DNA of 64,000 bases from Eledone cirrhosa (GCA_964016885.1 OZ024746.1:56482001-56546000); one strand, 5' to 3'; counted from the stretch's first letter, positions 14,194-27,197 are shown. A program made the numbers and translations. Notes: generated from the sequence alone by a model not told the origin.

Positions 14194-14330
14194 GCGTGTG
14201 TTTGTCTGTATGTGTGTATATGTGTGTATGTGTGTGTGAGTATTTGTGTGTCTGTGTGTATGTGTGTGTGATTAAAGAAAACAAACGGTACAGTTCATGG
14301 AATAAATATATTAGTTTAACGTAAGAAACG

Positions 14331-14368
14331 AGTCTTAATCTTTCGGACACTAGTCCTTCATCAGAAGA
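14331..14368 (-). ncRNA. Candidate minimal type I hammerhead ribozyme
   Basis: Reverse complement TCTT-CTGATGA-A-GGAC TAGT GTCC-GAAA-GA-TT-AAGA: intact core boxes, 4-bp stem II and 4-bp stem I; stem III is atypical. Confidence 0.55.
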
Positions 14369-15011
14369 TATTTATATATATATATACAGAGAGCGAGAGA
14401 CATATTCTGGGAACAGCGAATAGACGGTAGAGATTTAAAATATCTCGTAACACTAGATGTTTGTCAAATAGAGATCGATAAAATATGTACGAGGCTGAGG
14501 ACAAAATATGTTATAGATATCGACGACATCCTTCAAATGTTTTGACTTAGCAAGACTAAAATGAATAAACAAAATGAGTATAGAAAGATCTCTACGTATA
14601 TATCTAGAGTTAGTTTCAGTAATGTCAGTATATGTCATGTGGATAAGAAAGCTTCAGGATCTGCTATTTAACGTGATTGAAGAAATCTGTACATATATTC
14701 ATTTAACACTATGAGATTATAAGTTAAGATGATGATTTTTTTAAAAATTTAAATGGCGACTGGGATTAAGCGAAATATAATTTGCAATTTGCAGCTGACA
14801 GAAGCAATGGCAGCAAATATCGACAGAAATGAAGACAGGGAATGAAAATAAACATACGTCAACGTGATGTATAGAAAAATAAATGACAAAACAAGTTGCG
14901 AAGTATCACGGTCATATAGTTGATAAAGACTGATGTGCATGAACCTGGAATATTAATACGGATATATTGGATTTGAGTAAATATTCACTCATCTCCTCAT
15001 CTCCTTCTCTC

Positions 15012-15067
<56 letters not shown>

Positions 15068-15071
<4 letters not shown>

Positions 15072-15262
15072 AAAGTTTAACCCCGACGGCAGAGTTCAAG
15101 CTGTTTCGACAGCTATTTCTGACTCCAGAAATAGCCGTCGAAACGGCCCAAGCTCTGCCCTCGGGGTTAAACGTTTTTACTTTTACCCACTCTACTATCC
15201 GAAGTATTGAGTCCTCTGGTGCGTTATGGTCCATCTGGTTCCTTATCACACCTCCTTCGTTG
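15068..15262 (+). repeat. Hairpin-plus-tail element in (TA)n
   Basis: ~47-bp inverted arms 15075-15121 / 15126-15172, then a unique tail; tail relatives at 56810-56940 (+), 28718-28822 (-) and 17058-17125 (-). Confidence 0.75.
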
Positions 15263-15276
15263 TATATATATATATA

Positions 15277-15959
15277 TCCCAATAACTTATTTTAGTTATT
15301 GCTCGCACCAACGTGAGGTATATGATTTGTTAATGCGATGAAATACCAATGATCGTTGGCAAATCACTGATGAGGGATAATTTTACAATATGTAATCCAT
15401 GTGCAACCATGCAGTATTCTTCTCCCCATATTTTTCATATATTTACCTGAACTGCGATTCTCTGTTTCTCTCTTTCTCTCTTACTGCTCCCTTGTTCTCT
15501 CTGTTTCTCTTACTTTCTTTCGTCCCCTCTGTCAGTTAACACTTTCTCTCGACTGACCTCTTCCTCGCACTTCCACTCACTCATCTCTGTTTCTCCCTTT
15601 CTCACTTCCTCCCGTTCGCTAGGAGTCGGATTTTCCTTCTTTCTCACATCCCATTCACAGCGAAAGGTCTGTTTGCTACACGCTCATGAATTCACCCATT
15701 TTATGCTGATCGAATAACCATGTTGCTTGTTTTTCTTTCGATCTTCGGTTAGCTTTCCCTTCGTGTTGTTTACTTTTCTCACTCGCTTTACGCGTTTCAC
15801 TTGTCCCAATAACTTATTTTAGTTATTGCTCGCACCAACCTGAGGTATATGATTTTTAATGCGATGAAATAACAATGATCGTTGGCAAATCACTGATGAG
15901 GGACTCATTTTATAATATGTAATCCATGTGCAATCATGCAGTATTCTTCTCCCCAAATT

Positions 15960-15968
<9 letters not shown>
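15277..15968 (+). mobile_element. Small element with ~165-bp terminal direct repeats (pLTR/retrozyme-like)
   Basis: Direct repeats 15277-15442 and 15804-15968, each containing CACTGATGAGGGA; pyrimidine-rich non-coding interior; (TA)n on both sides. Confidence 0.7.
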
Positions 15969-16019
<51 letters not shown>

Positions 16020-16803
16020 ATGATATTAATAAATGGAAAACTATAATTATATAACAATATTTATATTATTATATATATTTCAAGGGTACTAAAAGTTTAG
16101 TTCGCGCTCATCAGATAAAATATAAATGTTGACATACCCAAGAAACCAGACCTTATCGGTTCAGCAAACTGAACCTGAACCGATAATGTCTGGTTTCTAG
16201 CGTATGTCACCATTTATGAAACAAATTTTATATTATAATAATATGTCTAGTGCTTCGGAGCTGTTATAAATAAACTTGTTGAATAACCAAAACAATTAAA
16301 TACCACTCTGCTTATATATATACAAATATAAATTAGCGAGAATCGTATTTCAGCTCATGAATTAATGAAAATCAACGTCCGATATGTGTGGCAAGCGCTC
16401 GATGATTCATGTGAATCAGAGCTACAACATACGTTAAGGGCCAAACACACTGAGATGATGGTTAAACATGTCATCCGCATAGCCAAAACAAACGACCAAG
16501 TAATTGGGGTCAAACAATAAAAATATATGTGTTGATACTTTTCCGGACCCTGGACTGATGGTAAAATCCAGTATTGGTTTCTGCGACTCCAAAATCAGAT
16601 ACTGTCCGCCTACATAAAGAATGTTGGGCTTCTGGTAAGATGACTGAACAAGGAAGGCGTGTTATCAACGGGTTTTGCTCCAAAATGCTATAGATAAGTG
16701 TGACTAATACTGACCCCACGTGGGGTTCAGCAAGGGAGCCAACACCTCTTTTAGGCGAATGATTCAGTTGTGTATAATATTGCGAGAATGCAAAATATCA
16801 CAA

Positions 16804-16865
<62 letters not shown>

Positions 16866-16901
16866 TATATGTATATATATATATATACATATATATAAAT
16901 A

Positions 16902-16951
<50 letters not shown>

Positions 16952-16981
16952 TATATGTATATATATATATATATATAAATA

Positions 16982-17035
<54 letters not shown>

Positions 17036-17119
17036 TATTTATATATATATATATGAAATGATTCAGGACGACGACGGCTGAGCTCCGGCCGTTTAGACAC
17101 CTAGCTCCGAGCGTAAGGC

Positions 17120-17169
<50 letters not shown>

Positions 17170-17594
17170 CACCTGTACAGAGTGTCTAAATATCTCGCTA
17201 TATGTAGTGAAACGACTACAATCGATGTTAAGTACAGTTAACACCAGCCAAATTGTCAACATGCTCGTTCAGTATTTTTGCTACAACGCATTTATACCGA
17301 TAGTAACATGAACACTAACGAAAAGAATGGCAGAGCGAGATGAGGGATAGTAAGTTAATTATATGAAAAAATAACATGAAAAAAAAGTGATATGAAAAGA
17401 AAAATAAGTTAAAAATAAAAAATACAAATCAGATAATATAATAATTGAAAGTAAAATAATGTGTATATATATATATATACATATACATCCATATATATAT
17501 ATATAGTCGATCGACTTCCGTCATATCCGACCGAGGAATCTGTATTTCATTTGGTCTTTCCAATTACTAATATTATCTATCGGTCGCAAATACG

Positions 17595-17722
17595 GGTAGA
17601 AGGAGTACTGCGAAATAAAGTGTCTTGCTCAAGGACATGACGCATAGCCACGTCCAGGAATCGAACTCACAAATTCACGATTGCGAATCTAATTCTCTAA
17701 CGACACAGCCATGCGCCTTCAC
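17595..17722 (-). mobile_element. tRNA-derived SINE (family C)
   Basis: Reverse complement GTGAAGGCGCATGGCTGTGTCG (A box)...GAGTTCGATTCC (B box)...GTCCTTGAGCAAGACACTTTATT. Confidence 0.7.
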
Positions 17723-17765
17723 TAAATTTTCGTGCGATTCAATATTTTGTTAGTGCATTCACCTA

Positions 17766-18210
<445 letters not shown>

Positions 18211-18339
18211 TAGAGGACCGAGTAAGTTAGATTACCGATATAAAAGACACAGTAGCGAGTAGCGAAAACCAACCAAACAGTGAGTGTGTTCTGTTATTAA
18301 TTCTGGCAATATTACACAAATATGACCCTCCCCAAGTAT

Positions 18340-18400
<61 letters not shown>

Positions 18401-18606
18401 TAAGTATGTACCCTTACATACATACATGTATACAGACATACAGTAGTATGTATATATATATACATACATGCACACATATATATATGTACGTATGGATTCA
18501 CCGAACATTTATTATAATGCTCGGTGTGTTTGTAGACAAACATCCCGTATTAAGGCGTAGTGTGCAGCAACCATCGTTGCCCGTTTGTGCAACACTGACA
18601 AAGGAA

Positions 18607-18647
18607 CGCTGTACTAGTTTCAAGCTTATTAGCTATCGTCAGCAACG
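18607..18647 (-). ncRNA. Minimal type I hammerhead ribozyme (PLE type)
   Basis: Exact reverse complement of 18830-18870. Confidence 0.8.
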
Positions 18648-18829
18648 TATAACCTCCTGCCAGATTGTTGAACGTATATACTTACCTTATGCATATTAAC
18701 GGCTGAGTAGCCCAATTAATCCACTAACCCACTCGGCCGATTAACCCACTCGATATGCAAATTGGGCTACTCAGCCGTTAACATGCACAAGGTAAGTATA
18801 TACGTTCAACAATCTGGCAGAAAGGTATA

Positions 18830-18870
18830 CGTTGCTGACGATAGCTAATAAGCTTGAAACTAGTACAGCG
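18830..18870 (+). ncRNA. Minimal type I hammerhead ribozyme (PLE type)
   Basis: CGTTG-CTGACGA-T-AGCT AATA AGCT-T-GAAA-CTAG-TA-CAGCG: 5-bp stem I (one G:U), CUGANGA and GAAA boxes, stem II, palindromic ACTAGT stem III, GUA cleavage triplet. Confidence 0.8.
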
Positions 18871-19145
18871 TTCCTTTGTCAGTGTTGAACAAACGAGCAA
18901 CGATTGTTGCTGGACACTACGGCTTAATATGGGATGTTTGTTTACAAACACACCGAGCATTATAATAAATGTTCGGTGAATCCATACGTACATATATATA
19001 TGTGTGCATGTATGTATATATATATACATACTACTGTACGTCTGTATACATATATGTATGTACGTGTACATACTTATATTTAAGTAACAGCCGTACTAAG
19101 AGTGGGAAATGAAATTTCGTTTCATTTTTTCCGTTTATATATATA

Positions 19146-19216
<71 letters not shown>

Positions 19217-19289
19217 GTAGGTGATATATATATATATATATATAAATATATATACATACATGCATATATACATGTATATATATGTATAC

Positions 19290-19322
<33 letters not shown>

Positions 19323-19339
19323 AATATATATGTATATAT

Positions 19340-19380
<41 letters not shown>

Positions 19381-19382
<2 letters not shown>

Positions 19383-19645
19383 CAAAAATATATTGGTTGT
19401 GGCTGTCTTTTAGACTCCAGATATAAGCTGAAAGTGACGTGATGTTCCTTCTTAGAGGGTAACAAAAAGAATGGGCATGCATGTAAAGAGGCTGCTTGAA
19501 TCTATTGGCGGTTAACCCTATGTAGGCCCTACGGGACGTGGGTGTTTTAACCTTAGATTTGTAGTCAATGTTACTAGAGAGGCATTTTCCCGGATAGGGG
19601 GCAATCAACCCGATTCCTACAATTACAGTTAGTCTTCAAATTCAT
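19381..19645 (-). mobile_element. GIY-YIG fragment of the same Naiad-type PLE family as 4126-5306
   Basis: Near-identical to ~4330-4570 ([32 protein letters not shown]). Confidence 0.85.
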
Positions 19646-19653
19646 TATTATTA

Positions 19654-19840
19654 GTGGATTGGCACTATCGGCAGAGGGTCGGACGCCATACTTTCCAGCA
19701 TGGTTACGTCCCTTTACGACCTGAGTTCAAATCCCGCCGAGGTTGACTTTGCCTTTCATCCTTACGGGGTCGATAAAATAAAGTACCAGTAATGCACTGG
19801 GTAATTGCTGGCCTTGTGCCTAAAGTCGAAACAATTATTA
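19654..19840 (+). mobile_element. tRNA-derived SINE (family A)
   Basis: A box, B box GAGTTCAAATCCC and the shared core; ATT tail. Confidence 0.85.
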
Positions 19841-19888
19841 ATACTATATATATTATTTATATATATATATTATTACTATTATTATTAC

Positions 19889-19943
<55 letters not shown>

Positions 19944-20340
19944 CAATTACAATTAGTCTTCAAATTTATTATTATTACTACATACATATATATATAAAAA
20001 TGTTTAGTTTCAATAAGTACATTTTAGATCTTCTTAAGATAGTCGTTTTTTTTCATTAAATAGATTAATATATCTAGGCTGTCACCATATTTATCTATTT
20101 TTCAAGCAAGTTGGTTATATCATGACTAATTACAGTTGCCTACAATTTGACAAACCATAAATGACATGAATTCAGATATTTCACGCCAATTTTCGCCTTG
20201 TGTAAATATTTGGGTAGATAAATCTTCTTTTCCTACTCATTATAATATTAATGATATTGATAATTATGTAGATAATACAGTGTACATTCACCGTTAAAGT
20301 GTAAATCACGTAATATTCATAAAAGCACAAACAAACTAGC

Positions 20341-20417
<77 letters not shown>

Positions 20418-20983
20418 TTTTACGCTTTTTGCTTACATTAATTTCTCTACTTTCATTTATATATTTTACTCGGAACCTTCCTTGAATGCTTATTAATATT
20501 TGTGACTAATCACAGTTTTTATAAAAAAAACTGCGATAATATTGCTTAGGCTGAACTCCATAATTTTTTTGATTTTTTTGTGAATGTTTTGACTGCTGTT
20601 TCTCATAAACAAATTTTCGTCTCATCCCAGCCAGTGTCAACGTGTGTTTTTGTTATTTCAATTCTACTCGATGTTTTGCTTGCCTGCTTCCATTTCACCC
20701 CAACATTGTAGCAGTGTGATTTAGTTAACGTGTTTCAGCATTACTGATGATCGGTGCCCAACCGTGACTAACCCCACTGAAATGTTTCGTGAAATAGAAT
20801 TTTAAGACTATATAGTGCATTTGTAATTTTCCTAAAGTGAGGGTTATGTTTTTTCCTCGATTTTATTGAATTAAGATATGATTACTTATCCCATATCTTT
20901 CGTTAAAAATGTTTCATCTTGATGTTTATAGTCACGTTTATGTCTAATTATTGTAGGCTTTTTGCTTATATTAATTTCTCTAC

Positions 20984-21053
<70 letters not shown>

Positions 21054-21929
21054 ATAAAATGTGGAGAGGAAGCACACGAGGTTGGATATATATATATATG
21101 AAAACAGGGAGAAAGAGACGATTATCAGGAAGAACAATATACTTTTTTCGTTTTTTGTTTCTCTCTCTGTTTTTTCTGGGTTGGAAAATGATTAAAACGA
21201 AATGTTTTACTTTGTGTGTAGTGTTAAGGTATCAGTTGATTTATTTATTATTTAACAATGGCATTTATTTATCTATTTATATATTTAATTATTGTCTGTT
21301 ACCAGTTTCAGCATTTATATGCATTATCAAATGATAGTGAAATGTATTAGTGTGGTGTCGCACATGTTAAACAGAAGGTGCAGAAAGAATAATGTTATTT
21401 ACAAATAAGGTTTAAGAAGTGAAAAGAAAAAGGAAAATAAAAGTGCATAATGTAACAAGTCAATGTGGAAGAAAAAATAATGTTATTTACAAGCACAGTC
21501 ATTGAAGTTAAGCAGATCAAAATGTATTAATATAGCAAGAGTGCTTAGTTGAAGCATGGTTCCGTGATGGAGGCAAATGGTGGACTGAAGTTTGATATGA
21601 TTTCCCTTTTTAAAGAGTTAATATGCAGGGGGAAGCAATTCTTGCTGGTTGATATTTAATTTATTTAAGAAAAAGGATTAGCTAGGGTGTGAAGGAGGTA
21701 ACGCTTGTAAATGTTTGATGGTTTGTTGCAGTTTTAGATTGGTCCGATTTATAGAGCATTGAGTAGTGATTGAAATATATTGATGAAACGTTTCCTTATT
21801 GGTACGTTGGATGAAAGTAGCGTTGTCTATGAATTTGTAAATGGTGAACATTTTAAAGTTGGGATGTTGGTTGAGAACACAATTTGCAATATGTTCACTA
21901 AATGCCATTGTTAAATAATAAATAAATCA

Positions 21930-23760
21930 ACTAAACATATATAAATAAAAGTAATGCATGAGATATATGAAAAAAAAAAGAAAATATAGTTAGGGTATGT
22001 GTATATGTATGTATATACATCACAAATGTACATATGTGTGTATGTACAAATGCATGTGTATGGTGAAAATGTGTTTGTAAGTACATATATGAGGGCAAGT
22101 ATATATGTGTATATGTGACTACAAATACGTATATAATATGAGTTTACAAGGTAAATGCAACACCAAAGCCATTGTATATGCGGCTAAAGTGACAACCATA
22201 GCAACAACCTACCAGCCACCAGCGAACGATATGTGGGTATGACACAAGACAAATTCAAAACGCGTTATTACTCACATGTCGCATCTTTCCGACATCCAGA
22301 AAAAAGACTTTCAATAGCTCTGGATAGCAGAATATGGGATTTAAAATACCAAGGTATCCAATATAAATTGGATTGGTCAATTTTGAACCAATCTAAAGAA
22401 TATGCAAGAGGAACAAGAAGATGCACACTCTGCATAAGTGAAAAATATTGGATTTTACAGAACCTTAAATCACCAAAAACCTGCCTAAACGCAAAAACAA
22501 AAATTTACACCAGTTGCCCACACATGAAATCACACTTGCTTTCCAGCTCATATAAACTTAACTCACTTTCAGATACTTATCCACCATAAACTCTTGTTCT
22601 TCACTTTCCTTAAATTATCCTCTTTACAGACTTCTCTTTCTGATTTACTTTCATTTTTAACTTTATTTTTATTTTTATTTTTATTTTTATTTTTATTTTT
22701 ATTTTTATTTTTATTTTTATTTCACATCCACCAGTGATTCACTTACCTATTATCTTCACATTCCACATTTTCCCCATTTTCTTTCACTACCTGATACAAC
22801 ATGTCACTTGCGTTTTCCACTCCAAATATATTCTGTTGTTTAGCAGCCGATTTTATATGTGTACTCATTTATTCATACGGTTGGTTTATAATTTGTATCA
22901 ATGCGCGTGAGTGTGCATATGTGTGTATACGTTCTGTATATGTATACTAGCGCCTCCGTATGTGTGCCTGCGTACGTATATATATGTGCCTCGTGTGTAT
23001 GTATGTACGCCTGCATGCGCATTTGTCTGTACGTATGTATATATATTTATATATGTGTGTGTACATGCGTACCTATGTTTGTTATCTTTTTTCTAGTGCT
23101 AATTGATAACCCCTCCGTCCTACTTTCTCTTTGATTTAAAAAAAAATGTTTTCATTCTCATATATTGTTTCATTTTTATACATATATCGAGAATGACACT
23201 ACCTTTTTTTACTATTACACTCCCTTCCCTCTTTATCTTCCGCATATAAGTGACCGAGCGTGTGTGTGTGTTTATACGCGTGCTTTCCTACTCGTATGTG
23301 TATATATTTAATACCTGTATCTGGATGTGTGTTAACTATATTATCTTACAATTTCTTTTTCAACTCATATTATATACGTATTTGTGGTCACACATACACA
23401 AATATACTTGCCCTCATATATGTAATTACGCAGACATTTTCACCATACACATAAACACATATGTAAATTTGTAAGTGTATATACATACATATACACATAC
23501 CCTAACTATATTTCCTTATTTTTTTTATATATCTCTTGCATTACTTTTATTTATATATTTTTTTGCCTTACTTGAGGAGATTTTTCCTTGAGGAGATTTG
23601 CCTTACTTGAGGAGATTTTGCCTTACTTGAGGAGATTTTTCAAATATTTCACTATGTTTTTAAATTGCCTTGTCCGATGAATCAATGAGGACGTTTTTCC
23701 TATTAGTCTTATTCGGGAAACCTTTGGTAATGAGGTAATTATATTGTATTGTTTATTATA
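21930..23760 (+). mobile_element. Second Naiad-type PLE family: GIY-YIG 3' end with an inverted pLTR segment
   Basis: Coding 22144-22589 LQGKCNTKAIVY..YVGMT..FKTRYYSH..IWDLK..CTLCISEK..CPH; 21930-22144 is the reverse complement of 23361-23560. Confidence 0.8.
23561..23640 (+). repeat. ~20-bp tandem repeat, about 4 copies
   Basis: Units of GCCTTACTTGAGGAGATTTT. Confidence 0.9.
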
Positions 23761-23763
23761 CAT

Positions 23764-23869
<106 letters not shown>

Positions 23870-24064
23870 TAAAAGGAAAAGAGAATGCTGACAAATTGAT
23901 CCCAGTGCAAAATAGTTTAATTAGGAATAAGCAAAAATTAGTAATAAGTATTGGTTAGTGTTCAGTTTTAGTTTTATGTTTTTACCGGTTGCGCATTTCT
24001 AATGTTTTTCAAAAATAATTGTGAGATAGATGCCCGTGATGTTTGCTCTAATAATATATATTTA

Positions 24065-24395
24065 TACCATAAATATGGTCTTGTCTTTGCGTGTAATTGT
24101 TTTCACCGCTCCAAATAATGACGTATTAACTTCGTTTATTTTTGTTCGTTCGTTGCCAGGGGGCGTTTCCACGAACCAAAGTATCGTCTTTATGTCTTCC
24201 TTCGGTTGCAACGTTTTTCGAAATATTTACTTCTGTGTACACAGATTGATTTTGTTTAGTTTCAGAAGATCCCGTCCAACGATTTTTGCTTAAATGTTAA
24301 TCTGTTATTTTAATAAATATTTGCTCTACGATTCTTATATATTTGATATATATTTATCCTTATCGAGCCGTCTTTGGATTTTAGTCTTCAAATTT
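24065..24395 (+). mobile_element. Solo pLTR fragment of the 3.1-6.2 kb PLE family
   Basis: Aligns by eye to ~5900-6230 and ends TTAGTCTTCAAAT(TTA)n. Confidence 0.85.
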
Positions 24396-24427
24396 ATTAT
24401 TATTATTATGATTAATATTATTATTAT

Positions 24428-26668
24428 TCTTTGAGTCTCAGTCATTGATGTTAGTTAAGTGGAAAGTTTGTTGAATTGAATATCAAGCCACTACCTGCAG
24501 CCGAGAGTTCCTGCTGTTCCCAGTAAGCATGCCTTTTGAAGTGTTCCAAAAAGCGGGGCGGGGCCAATTTTCTTTAACCATCCCTGGAAACATTTTGAGA
24601 TAGTACCTAGTGCGCCTATGACAATCGGGACCAATTTGACTTCATGGCAGTTCCAAATCCTTTTTACCTCACACTTTAAGTCCTGGTATCGGTTAATTTT
24701 CTCCCTCTCCTTCTCTTCAAATCTCGTGTCGAATGGGCAGGCCACATCCACAATCAGGCACGATCTTTTTTCCTTGTCCAAAACCACCAGGTCAGGAGTA
24801 TTGTGTTCCAGTTGCTTGTCAGTCTCTATCCTAAAATCCCAAAGAACCTTCACCTGATCGTTTTCTATGACCGACACTGGCTTATGCTCATACCACTTCT
24901 CAGAATGTGGTAAATTGTTTACTTTGCATAGGTGCCAGTGGATCACCCTGCCAATCACATCATGTCTCCAGCCTTTATAGTGAGTCTGGACTAGGTGTTT
25001 ACACTCGGATACAATGTGAGCCACAGTCTCCTCTCTCTCTACACAGATCCTGCACAGTGGGCTAGCCTCCTCCTTGTAAATATGGTGTTTCAGCCACTTC
25101 CTTTTGAGGGCCTGCTCTTGAGCAGCCATTAGCATTCCTTCTGTAGCCTATTTAAGGTCTCCTCTTCTCAACCAGTTCCATGTCTGTGGATCTGTGAATT
25201 CCGTTTTCTCAAAGAAGGTACTATGAAGGGATTTCTCATGAAGGTTGCTCTTTCTCCTAGTTGTTATTTCCTCCTTGGACATCCCCTGGTCTATTGTTCT
25301 CTCCTTCAGTACAATTCTGAGCATTGGCTCCTCACGTATTTGTGTAGGTTGTTTTTCTCCATCTGAACACAGTCCTCTATGCTGATAAGACCTCTCTTCC
25401 ACCCTCAGATCTCCTTAGGTAGAGTCTATCGACATCACTCCTCTTGTGGAACATGTTGTAGATAGTCAATAGCTTCCTAGACTTCCTATCCATTTCTTTT
25501 TGTTCAGCAACATTCCATCTCAGAATTCCCGCACTGTACCTAATAATAAACACAGCTCGGGAATTTACTGCACTTATGACATTCCTACTGTTCAGATGTG
25601 ACTTTAATACGCTCCTTATTCTCCGAATGTATTCAGATCTTATCAATTCCTCCATTTTTTTGCTCTTGATGTCATCAGCCTCCAGAACACCCAAATACCT
25701 GTATCCTTCTTCAGTGTCAATTTCCTTTATCATCTCACCTGTTGGTACCTGGATTCCGTAGCTTCTGCTCAATTTACCCCTCTTCTCACAAGGACTCCAC
25801 ACTTACTAATACCAAATTGCATACAGATATCATTGCTGAAAATACGGACAGTGTCAACAAGCACATCCAACTCCTTCTCACTCTTCCCGAAGAGCTTAAG
25901 ATCGTCCATGAAGAGGAGGTGATACATGGTAAGCTCTCCCTTTCCCAACTTATATCCTGCTCTCACTTTTCGCAGTATAATGGTCAGGGGCATCAGGGCT
26001 AGGACAAACAACAGAGGGGACAAACTATCTCCCTGGAAGATACCTCTCTTGATCTTGACGCCTCCCAAGGATTCTCCAACTGATGTTAACTATGTTTTCC
26101 AGGACTTCATACTTTTGTTCAACAACTGTCTGATGTTATTTGATACCTTGAAGATCTCTAGGGTTTTGGTGATCCAAGAATGAGGCACCATGTCAAATGC
26201 CTTTTTGTAGTCTATCCATCCCATGGCAAGACCAGTGTGTCTCCTCTTGCAATTCCTCATTACCATCTTATCAATAAGTAAACTGGTCCTTTGTACCACG
26301 GGGCTTCTTTCGGCAACCTTTCTGTTCGTCCGGTAACAAGTTGTTTGTGTGGAGTTGATGGTAGATTTCCTCAGACACAATGCTTGTCAACATTTTCCAC
26401 ATTACGGAGAGACATGCGATAGGTCTATAGTTGGTAACATCATTACCCTTGATTCGGTCATTCATTACCAGAACTGTGGTAATTTTTGTCAACCACTCTG
26501 GTACCTCACCTAACATCAAGCAGTCATTGAACATGGTTGTCAGTTTCGGGTGGAGGGATGTTACATTTTTTTAATCCAATACCCCGGCACACCATCTGGG
26601 CCTGGTGATTTCCAGTTGGTTAGTTTTTTGGCCTGCACCTTCAGAGTTTCAACTGTGATACTGAAATC
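24428..26668 (-). mobile_element. R4/Dong-like RLE LINE, 5'-truncated, disrupted
   Basis: [49 protein letters not shown]....C, RHD, PDLVV..DVACP; (TAA)n at both ends. Confidence 0.93.
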
Positions 26669-26683
26669 AGTTTATTATTATGC

Positions 26684-26875
26684 GGTGGATTGGCAGTATC
26701 GGTAGAGGGTTGGATGCCATGCTGTCCAGCATAGTTACGTCCCTTTACGATCTGAGTTCAAATTCCGCCGTGGTTGACTTTGCCTTTCATCCTTACGGGG
26801 TCGATAAAATAAAGTACCAGAAATGAACTGGATAATTGCTGGCCTTGTGCCTAAAATATAAACAATTATTATTAT
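26684..26875 (+). mobile_element. tRNA-derived SINE (family A)
   Basis: Same A/B boxes and core; long (TTA)n tail. Confidence 0.85.
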
Positions 26876-26960
26876 TGTTATTACTATTATTATTATTTTT
26901 ATTATTATTATTATTATTATTGTTATTATTGTTATTACTATATATATATATATATATATA

Positions 26961-27123
26961 TAGCTGAAATCATATGATTTCCAGTATTAGGTATTGATTC
27001 ACGATATGGATGGAGTCTATCGGGTAAGAATTATATTATATTTAAACACTAAAAAAAAGGGTACAAATATCCAAGATTTAATCATACGAGCTTTCATCGG
27101 ACGGGTAAATACACATTGAAGAC

Positions 27124-27197
<74 letters not shown>

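Larger units (their letters stand above)
18395..19136. mobile_element. Palindromic non-coding element carrying two hammerheads
   Basis: Arms ~18395-18717 and 18760-19082 with a 42-nt spacer; extra tail 19083-19136; flanked by (TA)n; sister copy at 54104-54510. Confidence 0.9.

Noticed and set aside
19654-19840. tRNA genes at A/B-box loci
   Set aside because: No cloverleaf; the boxes are heads of multi-copy SINEs.
23561-23640. CRISPR-like array
   Set aside because: Adjacent tandem units without unique spacers, in eukaryotic context.
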